64,000 nt of DNA from an uncultured virus (IMG/VR IMGVR_UViG_3300034106_003048) (IMGVR_UViG_3300034106_003048), one strand, 5' to 3'; numbered from the stretch's first letter, positions 33,986 through 44,865 are shown. Notes: a model not told the origin generated them from the sequence alone. Made by a program: numbers and translations.

Positions 33986-36900
33986 TTAGATGATGCTTGG
34001 GTTAGTTTGGGTTAATTGTAAAGTGTTAAGGAATCTGTAGCGGAAGTACTGATCTTGAATAAGACGTACTCTACATTGGGTTGATTTTAGAGGCATTTGT
34101 CTTCCTTGACGAGCTTGGTAGATAATTGCTTTGGGATTTAGGACCTTATCTGTGTAATAAGTATTTTGAAGTAAATCCCAATCAGTTACAAATATAGGTT
34201 GATTATTAGAAGTCCAGTTCACTGTATCCCAAAAATTATTAAATGTAAACTTCTGTTCTCTGTGAGAGTAAAGTACTTCTATGTGGTCAGGTTGTATTCT
34301 TGGGTACCTAGTTCTTTGAGAAAGATCGTTAGGACTTTCTGGAACTAAGTAAAGCATTCCACTACATTGTTCTTTGTTGTAAAGGAAAGCTTTAGTAAAG
34401 TTTACTTTGTTGGTATTGTTAGCACTTCCTAAAGAATAGTAGTCGGTCTTATTGTAGAACTTCTGAATGTCCTGGAATAAAGTAACAGAGTTAACAGTTG
34501 AAACCTGCGGAAGTGTGTCTACATTATATTCGATTACGTAAGGTTCTAGCTTATTGTAGTAAGTCTGATAACGTAAAGGAGAAAGAATATGGTGCCACAA
34601 ACCAGAGCTATTTCCAGATTGAAAGTGACTAGTTAATCCCACGTAATAGTTAGGACGGAAAGAGTAAAACGATATCCAGCCTTTAGTTATTGGAGAGTAA
34701 GCTATAGTCCAAGATTTATCTTCAAAGAAGTTAGGGTCTCCTAAGAATACAATAGTATCTAGGTAGGTAAATAATCCAGTTACAGGATCATAAATCAAAT
34801 CATCTTTAACAGAGTCTTTTACTTTGTAGTCTCTCTTGGTAAAGAATACCCTTTCAAACCTTTCATCCCATACCATAGCAATACCTACATCTTTGAATGA
34901 ATTGTCTACTGGAAAGTCAGGAAAAGCGTCAAGTATTTGGAAAGGAAGATTTCTCTTAAACCAGTTAAAGTTTTCCTTTGTGATTTCGTCAAAACCTGAA
35001 GATCCAGAAAGCTGGTAAATAAATCCTCTCTTAGCATCAGTCCAGAATGAACCATACTTACACGAGATGTAGGCTTTGTGTTGAGATCCTACATAACCTA
35101 AGTCAGCTCTTACATAATCAATAGGTTTAGTAGAGAACATATTTCCAGTTCCCAATTCCAATTGAGTAGGATAACTTGAGTCAATAATAATACGTGCATT
35201 GTAGGCTTGGGTTGTGTTTTCAAACCTAGCCAACATCTTATTATTTTCTACTTGGTTTAAGGCTATGAGTTTTCCGTTGGTTTTAGGAAAGTCGTAATAG
35301 TTATTAGTTCGGAAAATTAACCAAGAGTCTTTGTTTTCTTCTTGATTACTTAAATCCGAATAAATTACTCTATTGGGAAAAACACTCGAACAAATCTCGT
35401 CAGGTTTAAAACTAGCATAGGGTTGATTGTAGTTTTCAAAATTTTGTTTAGAGTATGTAGCATTGTATGAATAATAGTTATCAAATTTTATTGGAACTCT
35501 GTATTCTTGTAACCAGTCTCCAAAAGCATTAACGTCTGTTCCTACGTTAGGATAGAAGTTTTCTTCGTCAAAGTTTCTTCCATGACGCATATCTACGTTT
35601 ACTTCAGACTCTACAAAGAATACAGGAATACCATAAGCTGAAAGATAGAATTTGCCTTTTTGATAAAAAGGATTTCCTTTAAGGTCTTTTGTGTTAAAGA
35701 GTGCAGAAAAAGTTTTGGTAAATAATTCTAAAAGTTTAGTTGCACTTGAAGGATCAGTAGGATCAATAGTAGAAGCATCTGGAATATCAAATGGGTCACT
35801 ATTTACTAAAAGTGTTTCGTCGCAGTCTAAATTGTTTTTAGGAACAAAAGAAGCTAAAGTTTTTATTAAAACTTGTGAAACTGCAGCACCAAAACCAAGT
35901 TTTGTTGCAATATTTCCTATTTTTTGAAGATTTCCTTCTGGAACAACAAGTGCAAAAATTAATCCTGCAAGACCTAATGCTATACTACCTTTTACTCCAT
36001 TAGTAAAAATATCAGAAAGTAATATAGTGTCTGGAGAGGTTCCTATATAATAAGTAGGATAAAGAATATTAGGAACCAACTGATAATCAAAATCAATTCC
36101 GTCTGGTCTTCCTACCATATTTTGGATAAAGAAAGGCATTTTGCGTTTTAAAGCAAAACGGTTAATAAATATGTCTCCTCCAAATGTAGGGTAGAATTTA
36201 CATTTAATAAACCCTGTTCCATACTGATCATAATCTAATTCATAGAAATCCCCAGTGTTTACGTAACTAATACGATCTATTGTTCCATATTGATCTGGAA
36301 TAGTACGTTTTATAGAAACGTAATTTGCTTTTACTCTTCCTGATTTAATAGTGTCAGGAGCTGAACACCAACCATCTCCCCAAGAACCTAAAGTATTCCT
36401 AGAGTTATCTGGCTCATTAGCATAAAGATTGGCAAATTTTGTATTTATTTTGAGATAAACCGAAGACTCTCTCTGATAGTTATTTACTTGTTCGGTGCCT
36501 CCTGTGCCATTAGGTACATTTTGATTATTAGGAGAAAGATAAACTGCGGTTTGAAGTGGTCTTCTTATCTGTTTTTTTATTGAAAACTTTGCAATATTAT
36601 AATTTGCCTTAGAATGATACGAGTATGCATAGTTTACATAAGGAATAGATTTCTCTAATATGTCGTTAATTAAAGAAGTATTTGTTAATATACTTGATAA
36701 ATTAAAAGTTGTATTTGCTGTTTGTCTAGCTCCTGCAGTAACACTAAGATCGGTTACGCTACCATTAGTAAGTTCTGTTCCTAAGATAGTTCCTAAAACT
36801 GCAGAGAATGCAAAATCAAATTGGGTTAAAAATTTATATTTAGGATGTTCAGTGACGGGTTTAAAGTTTCCTTCCCAATTACCAAATTCTATAGACTCAA

Positions 36901-39265
36901 TCTTCATTTCAGTTCCTAATTGAGGAAACTGAAAATGTGTGTCTGGAGAGTGAAAAGTAAAACGAGTAAAATCACTATTTATAAAAGGCTTTTGTCTTAA
37001 CTCTGCTTCTTTAACACTGTTTATGTCAGAAGTAGAGTATATTTCATCAGAAGTAGATAAAAAATAGTCTCCCTTTTTTTCAGGATCTATGTCATTATAA
37101 GGATAGTTTGCGTAATAATAAGTTCTATTATTAGTTTTATCATTAGCTGTTGCTACGTCATAAGCTAAGCCTTTTGCTATTACACTCTTATTTCCAAAAC
37201 GAGAACTTCTCACTAATTCAAAGCCACAAATAAGATCTTTAAGAAGTAAATCTTTTTTCTTGGTTTTAGGATTGTAAATTTTAAAAACGTTTATAAGAGT
37301 ATTAAGAACGTTTAAATCTGGTCTTACACCTATTGGATAAATATTTTGTCTAAAGTTTTTATCGTCAATAGCATTATTGTGGATGTGATTTATTACACAA
37401 TCAGGAAACTTGTGAAAACGAATAGGAGTATCTGCAAGTCCATACAAAGGATCTTTATTTGGATCTCCCCAAATATCTTCATTACAAGGGTACTTAAGGG
37501 TAGATTCCCAATAACTAAACTCTCCTTGTTGTCCTAATTTTATTTCACAACCAAACTCTTTTTCTTTAGGATCATTTGTAGAAAGACATCTTTTAGGAGC
37601 AGCAAACTTAGAGCCTGTATTGTAAACTTTCCAAGTAGGAATAGGCTCAGCTTTGTCACAATTAGTTACTTGGCTAAATACATCTAGATTATCAGATCCA
37701 GGAGTCAAGAGAACTCTATCGTCTACTGTAGAAGTTCTTCCTGGAATATGAAATATCTTAGTGTATTTTCCAGTTTTAAGTTTAAACTTAATACCAAAGG
37801 CATAAACCTCGTCTCTCATGTATCCACGGAAGTCAGACACTATTACTCCATTATGATAGTTATATTGGTCTAAATCCGCAGGCATCTCTATTGTTTCCCA
37901 ATAGAGTTTAATTTGATTAGCTAAGGGTTGAAGATTATACTCAATATCTCCCTCAAGCTCTGCCAAGAAAAGAATATCGTCTGAGTCTTCTATAATTCCA
38001 GCGGTCTCGTAACGAGGAGATCTGTTTAAAATTCTAACAGAACTATATTCTTCTATGTTATTCCCCGTATAAGTATAAGTCTGAGTTTGTTGATTTACTC
38101 TAAACTTACCAACAAGATAATAAGTAGAAACTGTATCAACTGTTTGCTGAACGGCTAAGTTAAAGTAATCAAAAACATCAGTATGGTGAGTAATGTTCAT
38201 ACTAATTGACTTAGAAGTAATGTAGTCAGTATCTACTGTAATATCTCTTTCAAAGATTGGAACCTCTGAAGTTAAATCGAAATAGTCGGTAAGTTCGTTT
38301 CCGTCTACATCTGTATAAGCTAAAGTGAATCGGTAGCTTCCAGCTTTAAGTTGTCCAGATCCTTGAATAATTGTAGGAAGAATTTCTGGATGACAAGTTT
38401 TAGGAAAAATCTCAATTTCATTACAATTTAAAAATAATTGAGGTTTTCCACAAGCATCTACGCCTTTTGGAAGAGAAAGAGATATTCTGCGAGGAGGATT
38501 ATTTTTAGAAACAAAATAAAGGAAAGTGTCGCAAGGTAAAGGCTTATGTTTAAACCAAACAGGGTAATCTAAAGAGAAATTTAAACAAGAAGCATTTAAA
38601 ATTGTTTCATAAGTGCAGCAACCTAAAACAGGAAGAGAAGGACAAGGAAGATCATATTCTCTTATAAGATTTAGTTTTCCTGTCTGTTTAAGATCTGTAT
38701 AGTATATTAAGTTATCTTTTACACAAATAACAGAACCTGGACTAAAAGTACTTTCTGAATCAGGAGGTGCATAGTATTTTCCGTTACAATCAGTATATTG
38801 AAATTTAACATTATCTATATCTCCAGGGGGAGTTATAATCTGATAACAGTAACATTTAGAGCAGTTAGTTCCTTTTACTTCTGTTTCTTTTACATCGTCA
38901 ACTAGTTCGTCTTCTAGTATGTCTCCTTTTTGACAACCACAATCTTCTTCTTTTGAAATACGCTTAAGACAGTCTTTATTAAAGCCAGTTACTTTGCCTA
39001 TTTCAGATTCTCCTGTATCAGGATTGTGAAGAGCAAAAATTATTATATCCTGTTCAACAATGTAGTAAGGTTGTCCTACTACTCTAAAACCAGGTTTAAA
39101 AGTAGTACAAAGCTGGTTTCCCAACTCATTAGTGTAGGTAAATCTAGAACCATCAATAGACTGAATATTGGCATTTAGAGCCCATGTAACTTCTCCTTGT
39201 CCTACCTGGTTAGAGATAGAATCAAGGTTCATTCCTTTGATATTCTGATTTATTTTATTTTCCAT
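33986..39265 (-). CDS. Tail stabilisation / muzzle-type protein
   Basis: 1759 aa. N-terminal KGMNLD...ALNA...NELGN, GYMRDEVYAFGI, RFTFHSPDT, FGGDIFI, C-terminal WTIAYS...WISFYSF. Size and position match crAss-like tail stabilisation proteins. Confidence 0.8.
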   Translation of the reverse strand: MENKINQNIKGMNLDSISNQVGQGEVTWALNANIQSIDGSRFTYTNELGNQLCTTFKPGFRVVGQPYYIVEQDIIIFALHNPDTGESEIGKVTGFNKDCLKRISKEEDCGCQKGDILEDELVDDVKETEVKGTNCSKCYCYQIITPPGDIDNVKFQYTDCNGKYYAPPDSESTFSPGSVICVKDNLIYYTDLKQTGKLNLIREYDLPCPSLPVLGCCTYETILNASCLNFSLDYPVWFKHKPLPCDTFLYFVSKNNPPRRISLSLPKGVDACGKPQLFLNCNEIEIFPKTCHPEILPTIIQGSGQLKAGSYRFTLAYTDVDGNELTDYFDLTSEVPIFERDITVDTDYITSKSISMNITHHTDVFDYFNLAVQQTVDTVSTYYLVGKFRVNQQTQTYTYTGNNIEEYSSVRILNRSPRYETAGIIEDSDDILFLAELEGDIEYNLQPLANQIKLYWETIEMPADLDQYNYHNGVIVSDFRGYMRDEVYAFGIKFKLKTGKYTKIFHIPGRTSTVDDRVLLTPGSDNLDVFSQVTNCDKAEPIPTWKVYNTGSKFAAPKRCLSTNDPKEKEFGCEIKLGQQGEFSYWESTLKYPCNEDIWGDPNKDPLYGLADTPIRFHKFPDCVINHIHNNAIDDKNFRQNIYPIGVRPDLNVLNTLINVFKIYNPKTKKKDLLLKDLICGFELVRSSRFGNKSVIAKGLAYDVATANDKTNNRTYYYANYPYNDIDPEKKGDYFLSTSDEIYSTSDINSVKEAELRQKPFINSDFTRFTFHSPDTHFQFPQLGTEMKIESIEFGNWEGNFKPVTEHPKYKFLTQFDFAFSAVLGTILGTELTNGSVTDLSVTAGARQTANTTFNLSSILTNTSLINDILEKSIPYVNYAYSYHSKANYNIAKFSIKKQIRRPLQTAVYLSPNNQNVPNGTGGTEQVNNYQRESSVYLKINTKFANLYANEPDNSRNTLGSWGDGWCSAPDTIKSGRVKANYVSIKRTIPDQYGTIDRISYVNTGDFYELDYDQYGTGFIKCKFYPTFGGDIFINRFALKRKMPFFIQNMVGRPDGIDFDYQLVPNILYPTYYIGTSPDTILLSDIFTNGVKGSIALGLAGLIFALVVPEGNLQKIGNIATKLGFGAAVSQVLIKTLASFVPKNNLDCDETLLVNSDPFDIPDASTIDPTDPSSATKLLELFTKTFSALFNTKDLKGNPFYQKGKFYLSAYGIPVFFVESEVNVDMRHGRNFDEENFYPNVGTDVNAFGDWLQEYRVPIKFDNYYSYNATYSKQNFENYNQPYASFKPDEICSSVFPNRVIYSDLSNQEENKDSWLIFRTNNYYDFPKTNGKLIALNQVENNKMLARFENTTQAYNARIIIDSSYPTQLELGTGNMFSTKPIDYVRADLGYVGSQHKAYISCKYGSFWTDAKRGFIYQLSGSSGFDEITKENFNWFKRNLPFQILDAFPDFPVDNSFKDVGIAMVWDERFERVFFTKRDYKVKDSVKDDLIYDPVTGLFTYLDTIVFLGDPNFFEDKSWTIAYSPITKGWISFYSFRPNYYVGLTSHFQSGNSSGLWHHILSPLRYQTYYNKLEPYVIEYNVDTLPQVSTVNSVTLFQDIQKFYNKTDYYSLGSANNTNKVNFTKAFLYNKEQCSGMLYLVPESPNDLSQRTRYPRIQPDHIEVLYSHREQKFTFNNFWDTVNWTSNNQPIFVTDWDLLQNTYYTDKVLNPKAIIYQARQGRQMPLKSTQCRVRLIQDQYFRYRFLNTLQLTQTNPSII

Positions 39266-40131
39266 TAACTAATGTTGTATTTGCTAAATCTGTTACGTTG
39301 GCGAACAATGTCGTCGTTAACTTGTTGGCGAGTTCTTTGGCGCAATACACCAATAGCAGCTTGAAGCTTACTTAAACTATCTTGCTTGTAATATTGTAGT
39401 TTAGATTGAATCTGGTTAAAAGTTTCATCAACTACTGAGTTCCACAATTGTTCAAACAATTTAAACTTAAGATGGCTCTTTACGTATTCTTCTACCTCTA
39501 AGATTTCAGGAATTAAAGGAAGCCCTGTTTGTTCGTCTACAGGTTTAGAAAAGTATCCTATGTAGATACACCCTTTTTCAAAAGTAGCAGTAACTCCTTT
39601 GTGTTCATGAATAACTATAATGTCGTCGGCTCGAACACTTAAGTTACGACAGCCGGTTATACAAAGATCTCTTGATCCGTAATAAACCCTTATCCATTGA
39701 GGACGAGTCATTACGTAGCGAACATTCTGATTAGTCTGGCAAGTAATTTTTTCAAATACTTGGTATCTAGAATCACACGCACCTGGGAGAGCACAATCTC
39801 CTCCTTCGCAAGAAATGTCTTTAGAATAATACCCTACAGTAGAAGGAATCCCTGGACCTATGTTAAGGTTTCTATCAGCTCTCCTGTCATAAGAGATAGC
39901 GTAGTTTAAAAGATGAAAGTCAGGAGGGAGAGTGCCTTTATAATCTTCGATAAAAAGTATAGCTTCTTCGGGTTTCAAAGCAGCAGTTTTTAACTTACGG
40001 AGACACTGTTCTACATAAGTAGGAACCATTATCTCGGTAACAGCTCCTGCTTCAAAGTAGGACTTCATCTCTTCTTTTACTTCCGCCAGAAGAGTATCTA
40101 TTGAGGTATAGGGGTATTCTTTGTATAACAT
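39265..40131 (-). CDS. Putative tail ring/tubular protein
   Basis: 288 aa directly upstream of the muzzle gene. Contains LFIEDYKGTLPPDF and YIGYFSKPVDEQTGLPLIP. Confidence 0.6.
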   Translation of the reverse strand: MLYKEYPYTSIDTLLAEVKEEMKSYFEAGAVTEIMVPTYVEQCLRKLKTAALKPEEAILFIEDYKGTLPPDFHLLNYAISYDRRADRNLNIGPGIPSTVGYYSKDISCEGGDCALPGACDSRYQVFEKITCQTNQNVRYVMTRPQWIRVYYGSRDLCITGCRNLSVRADDIIVIHEHKGVTATFEKGCIYIGYFSKPVDEQTGLPLIPEILEVEEYVKSHLKFKLFEQLWNSVVDETFNQIQSKLQYYKQDSLSKLQAAIGVLRQRTRQQVNDDIVRQRNRFSKYNIS

Positions 40132-40583
40132 TAGATAGACTCTTTTAAAGTGGACTCTAAGTTAGAAAAGTCTTTGATTAGTTTTCTTTTCTGCTTTCTT
40201 GGAGCAATAAAATCAAAATCTAAAACAGAAACTCTTCTCTCATCTCCACTTACTTGAAAATAAACATGGACCTTTGGAACCATGTCACCTCTTTTTACTT
40301 TACCATGATAATTGGAAATGTTTGATTTGTGTTTAATCAAAGTTACTATTCCAAGATTAGGTATGCGAATGTTATAGTGACCTTTTGTAACAGTCTCTAT
40401 TATGAGATCATTTATTCGCTTGATAACCTCACTTCTGGTTTTTTGTGAAATATGTTTGCAGCCAGTGTTTTTTCTAAAAGCAAAGTAAGAGTATCTATCC
40501 ATTAAGGATTTTTCACTCTTGACTCTGTTTCTAGGAAGTTTAATTACTTCCTCATGGCTCTTCCCTGTTGTTGTCTTCAACAT
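40131..40583 (-). CDS. HU/IHF-like DNA-binding protein
   Basis: Basic 150 aa protein. EVIKRINDLIIETVTKGHYNIRIPNLGIVTL resembles the HU/IHF helix-strand core. An IHF-like gene sits between ring genes in crAss-like tail modules. Confidence 0.55.
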   Translation of the reverse strand: MLKTTTGKSHEEVIKLPRNRVKSEKSLMDRYSYFAFRKNTGCKHISQKTRSEVIKRINDLIIETVTKGHYNIRIPNLGIVTLIKHKSNISNYHGKVKRGDMVPKVHVYFQVSGDERRVSVLDFDFIAPRKQKRKLIKDFSNLESTLKESI

Positions 40584-41178
40584 CTTTAGGTAATCTATGG
40601 TAATTTAGCAATTCGTTATTACAAAGAGAAAAAAGTCCAGAAAGAAGATAAGGAGGAAACTTAAACTCTCTCTCGTACATAGAAGAACATTCGGGAGCGT
40701 TTATAGCTTCAGTAAAGTAAGCGTAAATGTTTACAGTCTCAATATCTTCGTTAAGTACATAGAGATAACGATTTTTAATAAGATAAAAGTTTCGTCTCTC
40801 TTTTACTCTAAGTTTATTATAGTTTATATTTTGCCTAAAAGAAGTTGGAAAAATTTCGGCAGAATTGCTAGGGTTAAATATCCCTTGAATAAAATAAGAG
40901 TAAAGACCTTCTTCTATCTGAGGAAGAGGATCTTTACTACGTCTAACTTTAGTAGTACAGTCACACTCAGTTCCGTCAACTAACACTAAATCAAGACATT
41001 CGTAAGTCTGATATACGTTATCAGAAGTAAGAAGTCTTCTCTTGTTTAGTTCTTGACGTAAAAGAAATGCGGCTTGTGTTTTTGCTATACGGTATACAAA
41101 ACGATCAGTAATCAAGTCATCATCTTGAATAGACTTGTTACTGGTTCTAATTTGACTTATAATTTCCGCATTAGTCAT
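40552..41178 (-). CDS. Putative tail ring/tubular protein
   Basis: Start reassigned to ATG 41178 (MTNAEIISQIR), downstream of the promoter. Assignment rests on size, position and the FYLIKNRYLYV...EFKFP pattern. Confidence 0.6.
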   Translation of the reverse strand: MTNAEIISQIRTSNKSIQDDDLITDRFVYRIAKTQAAFLLRQELNKRRLLTSDNVYQTYECLDLVLVDGTECDCTTKVRRSKDPLPQIEEGLYSYFIQGIFNPSNSAEIFPTSFRQNINYNKLRVKERRNFYLIKNRYLYVLNEDIETVNIYAYFTEAINAPECSSMYEREFKFPPYLLSGLFSLCNNELLNYHRLPKDVEDNNREEP

Positions 41179-41183
41179 TTTTA

Positions 41184-41214
41184 CAAATATAATTAAATTT
41201 AAAGCTAAATGCAA
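41184..41214 (-). promoter_or_regulatory. Bacteroidota-type promoter for the tail operon
   Basis: TTG-N20-TATATTTG, ending 5 nt before ATG 41178. Confidence 0.7.
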
Positions 41215-41226
41215 GATTTATTTTAA

Positions 41227-41257
41227 CTGAGAAGCCCCACAGAGGGGGCTTACTCAG
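41227..41257 (-). terminator. GC-rich stem-loop after the Cys-rich tail gene (terminator or stabiliser)
   Basis: CTGAGAAGCCCC / GGGGCTTACTCAG inverted repeat with one bulge. Weak U tract. Confidence 0.5.
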
Positions 41258-41296
41258 CATTCAAGGGAAAACCAATAAACCCATGAATTATGTCTT

Positions 41297-43039
41297 TTAG
41301 TACTTAGCAGAGAATCCGCTTAGTGACAAAGTGTATGTTCCTGCAGGAATAGCAGCAATTGTTTGGATAGAAAGAGATGATCCTGCCATACCAACAAATA
41401 TTGGATAAGTTCCCGGTGCTACAAGATCTACTAAGAAATATCCAGAAGACCAGTAAGTAGTTAAAGAAGGAATAACAGCACCAAAGTTTCCTAAAGAATG
41501 AACTGTTCCAGCTCCTAAGCCAGCACCACTAACAACTAAATCTACTTGTCCGTCTACAAAAAGTCTTCCTACACTATTCCATCCTACAAAGGTATCCCCA
41601 GGAGAAGGAGCAATAGGTCCTGTAGTAGAGTTAGCAACTGCTAAAGTTGCAGTAGGAAGTGCATAAATAAATGAAAGTGAACTACCAGTACTAAAACTAT
41701 TAGGATTGTATGTAAGAGTTACAGGAGTCACACCACCTGCTGGAGTTCCTACAGTCAAAGCTACAGGAGTAGCAAGAGCTGGGTTAGCAGTTGTAGTGGG
41801 ATTTAAAGTAAAGTTTATGTCAAAATTGATATTAGCTCCAGCCGTAGTAGTTATTGAACAACTTCCTGTAGTTGAAGTTACAGAAACAACTTTAGAAGTC
41901 CAGGAAGATCCGTTCCAAGCAAGAACTGCAGATTGAGAGCTTGGCACCATAGTAGCATCTACATCAGCCAAATTCTTAATTGAACAAGTACTTAAGCTTG
42001 AACAAGTAAATGGAGTAGGAGGAACAGTAAATGCTACGTCAAATCCACAACCACTACCTGAAGGAGTTACAGTAAAGTCAGAACTAAAGTTCAAAGTACG
42101 ATCTGCAAGAGCATCTACAATGCTAGCACCTTGAGCACTCAAAGTAGCTGAATCTAAGTAACCAGGCCACAAGCAAGAGTAGCTAGACCAAGGAAGAACT
42201 AAGATATTAGAACTAAAAGGAGTAAGAGACGCTGTATAAAGAGAGCAAAGACGATTCTTAATGTGGTTGATAGTCTGAATCAAGTTATCGGCTCCACTGC
42301 CGCCTAAACAAGCTCCTGAGTTATTAAAGGTATAAGGGAATACAGAAGTTCCAATAAAGGTCTGAATATTGCTTTGGAAAGTCTGTAAAGCAGTAATCTC
42401 AGTATCTAAGTTAAAGGTAATTGTACAAACATTATTTTGAATCCAAGTAATCCAGCTTCCAAGATTTACTCCAGAAGGAAGAGGAGTCCAAGAAGTCCAA
42501 CAAGCTGCAGGGCTAACTCCGCTAGTACTATTGAAAGAGTTTAAGCCACAAAGCTTAACTATAAAGTCATCAAGAATATTAACTAGAGTAGAAGTTCCGG
42601 GAATTAATCCTGAAAAATATGCACTGCAAGATCCAGGAATTGTAATGTTAGGAGTAACATCAACAGCAGAAGCTAATCCACAAAGAGCAATACTTGTTGC
42701 TTCTACAAATTCTTTAGCTGTAGTAATATTAGAAGGACCAGAACTAGTCAGACTTCCATCTTCACGAAGACACTGATAGTTAAAGCTTGCCCAGTTAAGA
42801 TCTGCAGGAGTTAAACTACAAATTGCAGTAGCAAGTTTATTTACAATTACGTCAAGATTTTCTCCGTTAGCTGCAGTTATTCCGCAAGTAATAGCATTTC
42901 CTGAGTAATATATACACCTTGCATAGTTAGTAGATATACATCCTGTAGGAGGAATACTAGCTGGAGTTACTAAAGTAGGGTTAGAACAAGTGCACTGACT
43001 TACGCAGTAGTTGCAAGAGTTACAATATGAGTTGCACAT
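41297..43039 (-). CDS. Cys/Ser/Thr-rich structural protein, probable tail fibre/appendage
   Basis: 580 aa with many Cys, CIYYSG near the N-terminus and a beta-rich C-terminus. Confidence 0.6.
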   Translation of the reverse strand: MCNSYCNSCNYCVSQCTCSNPTLVTPASIPPTGCISTNYARCIYYSGNAITCGITAANGENLDVIVNKLATAICSLTPADLNWASFNYQCLREDGSLTSSGPSNITTAKEFVEATSIALCGLASAVDVTPNITIPGSCSAYFSGLIPGTSTLVNILDDFIVKLCGLNSFNSTSGVSPAACWTSWTPLPSGVNLGSWITWIQNNVCTITFNLDTEITALQTFQSNIQTFIGTSVFPYTFNNSGACLGGSGADNLIQTINHIKNRLCSLYTASLTPFSSNILVLPWSSYSCLWPGYLDSATLSAQGASIVDALADRTLNFSSDFTVTPSGSGCGFDVAFTVPPTPFTCSSLSTCSIKNLADVDATMVPSSQSAVLAWNGSSWTSKVVSVTSTTGSCSITTTAGANINFDINFTLNPTTTANPALATPVALTVGTPAGGVTPVTLTYNPNSFSTGSSLSFIYALPTATLAVANSTTGPIAPSPGDTFVGWNSVGRLFVDGQVDLVVSGAGLGAGTVHSLGNFGAVIPSLTTYWSSGYFLVDLVAPGTYPIFVGMAGSSLSIQTIAAIPAGTYTLSLSGFSAKY

Positions 43040-43064
43040 TTATTTTATATTTTAAATTTTATTA

Positions 43065-43652
43065 TTAACAGGTTTTGCAGTATTTATTTGACATGCCAGC
43101 TTGTTCTTGTAAAGCAAGTATTTTGTAAACTAGAACATCCAACAAGTCTCCAAGTGTTTCAATAGTTTGATCAACACAAACCTCTCCGCAGAACAAACAA
43201 CGATATTTATAAATAACTGAGTCAGGAAGTTCAAAGTTCATAAAATCCTCAGTAAGTTTTCCTTTTACTTGAGGTTTAGAAGGATTGTTTACAGGAGTGT
43301 AGATTAGATTAAGACGATTCTGAAGAGTACAAGTAGTACCCATAAGTTCTCTAACTACATCACTAGTATAATAGTATTCAGAAACAAGTTTATTATTACA
43401 GATTTCCTGTTTTAAAGTAAGATTAGCTGTATTAATTATTTTAGGTACACAAGTATTAGCATTATTTAGATCAGCTGAGCTAATACGGCTACCTTTTGCC
43501 AAATCTGTAAGTTCACCATCTACTGCATTAAGAAAAGTAGTAAGTGAATTATCAGCTAAACACAAAGTTGACTGTGAAGGAAGAGTTCCTATATAAGCCA
43601 CACAATTACTTGAGATTATCTCACAGCATTTATTTAAGGGATTACAGATCAT
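43065..43652 (-). CDS. Cys-rich structural protein
   Basis: 195 aa. ISSNCVAYIG resembles ISTNYARCIYYSG in the neighbouring gene. Confidence 0.6.
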   Translation of the reverse strand: MICNPLNKCCEIISSNCVAYIGTLPSQSTLCLADNSLTTFLNAVDGELTDLAKGSRISSADLNNANTCVPKIINTANLTLKQEICNNKLVSEYYYTSDVVRELMGTTCTLQNRLNLIYTPVNNPSKPQVKGKLTEDFMNFELPDSVIYKYRCLFCGEVCVDQTIETLGDLLDVLVYKILALQEQAGMSNKYCKTC

Positions 43653-43827
43653 GCATCAATTGATTATAGGTTGTTTGGTCAAGATATTTTCCGTATTTTC
43701 TGAGACGGTTAAGGAAAACAAACCGTTTGTGGCTAGGAGGAGTCGTTAGATACCTAATAGCGTTTAATTGCTGAAGACCGGCTTTAGCAATTGCAGCAGT
43801 TAGAATTGAGTCGTTGTAAGAGTTCAT
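43642..43827 (-). CDS. Small hypothetical protein
   Basis: 61 aa, overlapping both neighbours within the operon. Confidence 0.45.
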   Translation of the reverse strand: MNSYNDSILTAAIAKAGLQQLNAIRYLTTPPSHKRFVFLNRLRKYGKYLDQTTYNQLMHDL

Positions 43828-44305
43828 TTGCTTTTTTATACAAGTCTACTGCTTTTTGGGGGTTACATACTTTTGCGTTTGCTTTTGCTCCTTCTATAAG
43901 CACTTCAATTCTCTGAAGATCCCTCATAAACCTAGAGTCAATATCACAGAAGTTTACAGTCCTTGCAAACTCTTGAGCAAACTTATATTCAATTTGACAA
44001 GTTCTCAAATAATGTTTGGTTTCAAACAATTGGTCGTTAGGACTAACTGAATAGGTAAGCATGTATAACCCATCAGGTAAGTCAATTAAACTGTCAACAG
44101 TATTAATCGTAGACAAGCCAAGTGAATACGAGTTATACGTATTCACTTGACCCGCTACAAAGTTAAATTGCACTGGAACAAATCCAGGGACCTCAATCAC
44201 TAACGTAGGATTTGTAGGAGTTACAGGGTAATAACTAGTGTCTAGAATTGCAAGAGTTTTACAATCGCAAGTTTCTAAAGGTTCTACGTTTAGTTGGAGT
44301 TTCAT
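43784..44305 (-). CDS. Putative tail hub/adaptor protein
   Basis: 173 aa with LAILDTSYY, LPDGLYMLTYSVSP and a Cys-rich C-terminus. Assigned by position. Confidence 0.55.
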   Translation of the reverse strand: MKLQLNVEPLETCDCKTLAILDTSYYPVTPTNPTLVIEVPGFVPVQFNFVAGQVNTYNSYSLGLSTINTVDSLIDLPDGLYMLTYSVSPNDQLFETKHYLRTCQIEYKFAQEFARTVNFCDIDSRFMRDLQRIEVLIEGAKANAKVCNPQKAVDLYKKANELLQRLNSNCCNC

Positions 44306-44308
44306 TTA

Positions 44309-44836
44309 TTATGCAATAGTAGATCCAATGTTTTCGATTACTACCCAATCAGCTCCGTTCCAAATAAGAACTACATAATCGGCAGCATCATTCATGGTAA
44401 TAGTGGTTCCACCAGATAGATTAACAGGAGTAATAACAGCATTTCCGCCACCGTCAACTAAAAGATAAATCTTCTTAAGTTGGCCAGTTACAGTACCATT
44501 AGCAAGAGTATAAGCATCTCCGCCTGCATCGGTGTTCAAAGTAGTAAAGTAACTAGTTACGTTAATAGCTCCGCCTACGCCAGCAGCAATGTTTTGTGGG
44601 GCTCCTGTAGGGTAAAAAGTTGAATACAAAGTAGACTCTCCAGAAGTAAATGTTACAGGACCTTCTACAGTCAAGCTATCTGCTACAATGTTTTTTACAC
44701 AGCAAGTATTAGCAGCAAGAATATCAAGAACAGCTTTAGTCAGAGAGTATCCACCATGTTTAATAATGGTTTTTGCTGTAGAACTGCCGCTTACGTAAGC
44801 GTGGTATGAACCGCTACTTAAAATTATTTCGCTCAT
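44309..44836 (-). CDS. Structural/decoration protein
   Basis: 175 aa, beta-rich, with TLANGTVTGQLKKI...VLIWNGADWVVI. Confidence 0.6.
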   Translation of the reverse strand: MSEIILSSGSYHAYVSGSSTAKTIIKHGGYSLTKAVLDILAANTCCVKNIVADSLTVEGPVTFTSGESTLYSTFYPTGAPQNIAAGVGGAINVTSYFTTLNTDAGGDAYTLANGTVTGQLKKIYLLVDGGGNAVITPVNLSGGTTITMNDAADYVVLIWNGADWVVIENIGSTIA

Positions 44837-44865
44837 TTTATTTTTAAATTTAAATTATTTTTTTT

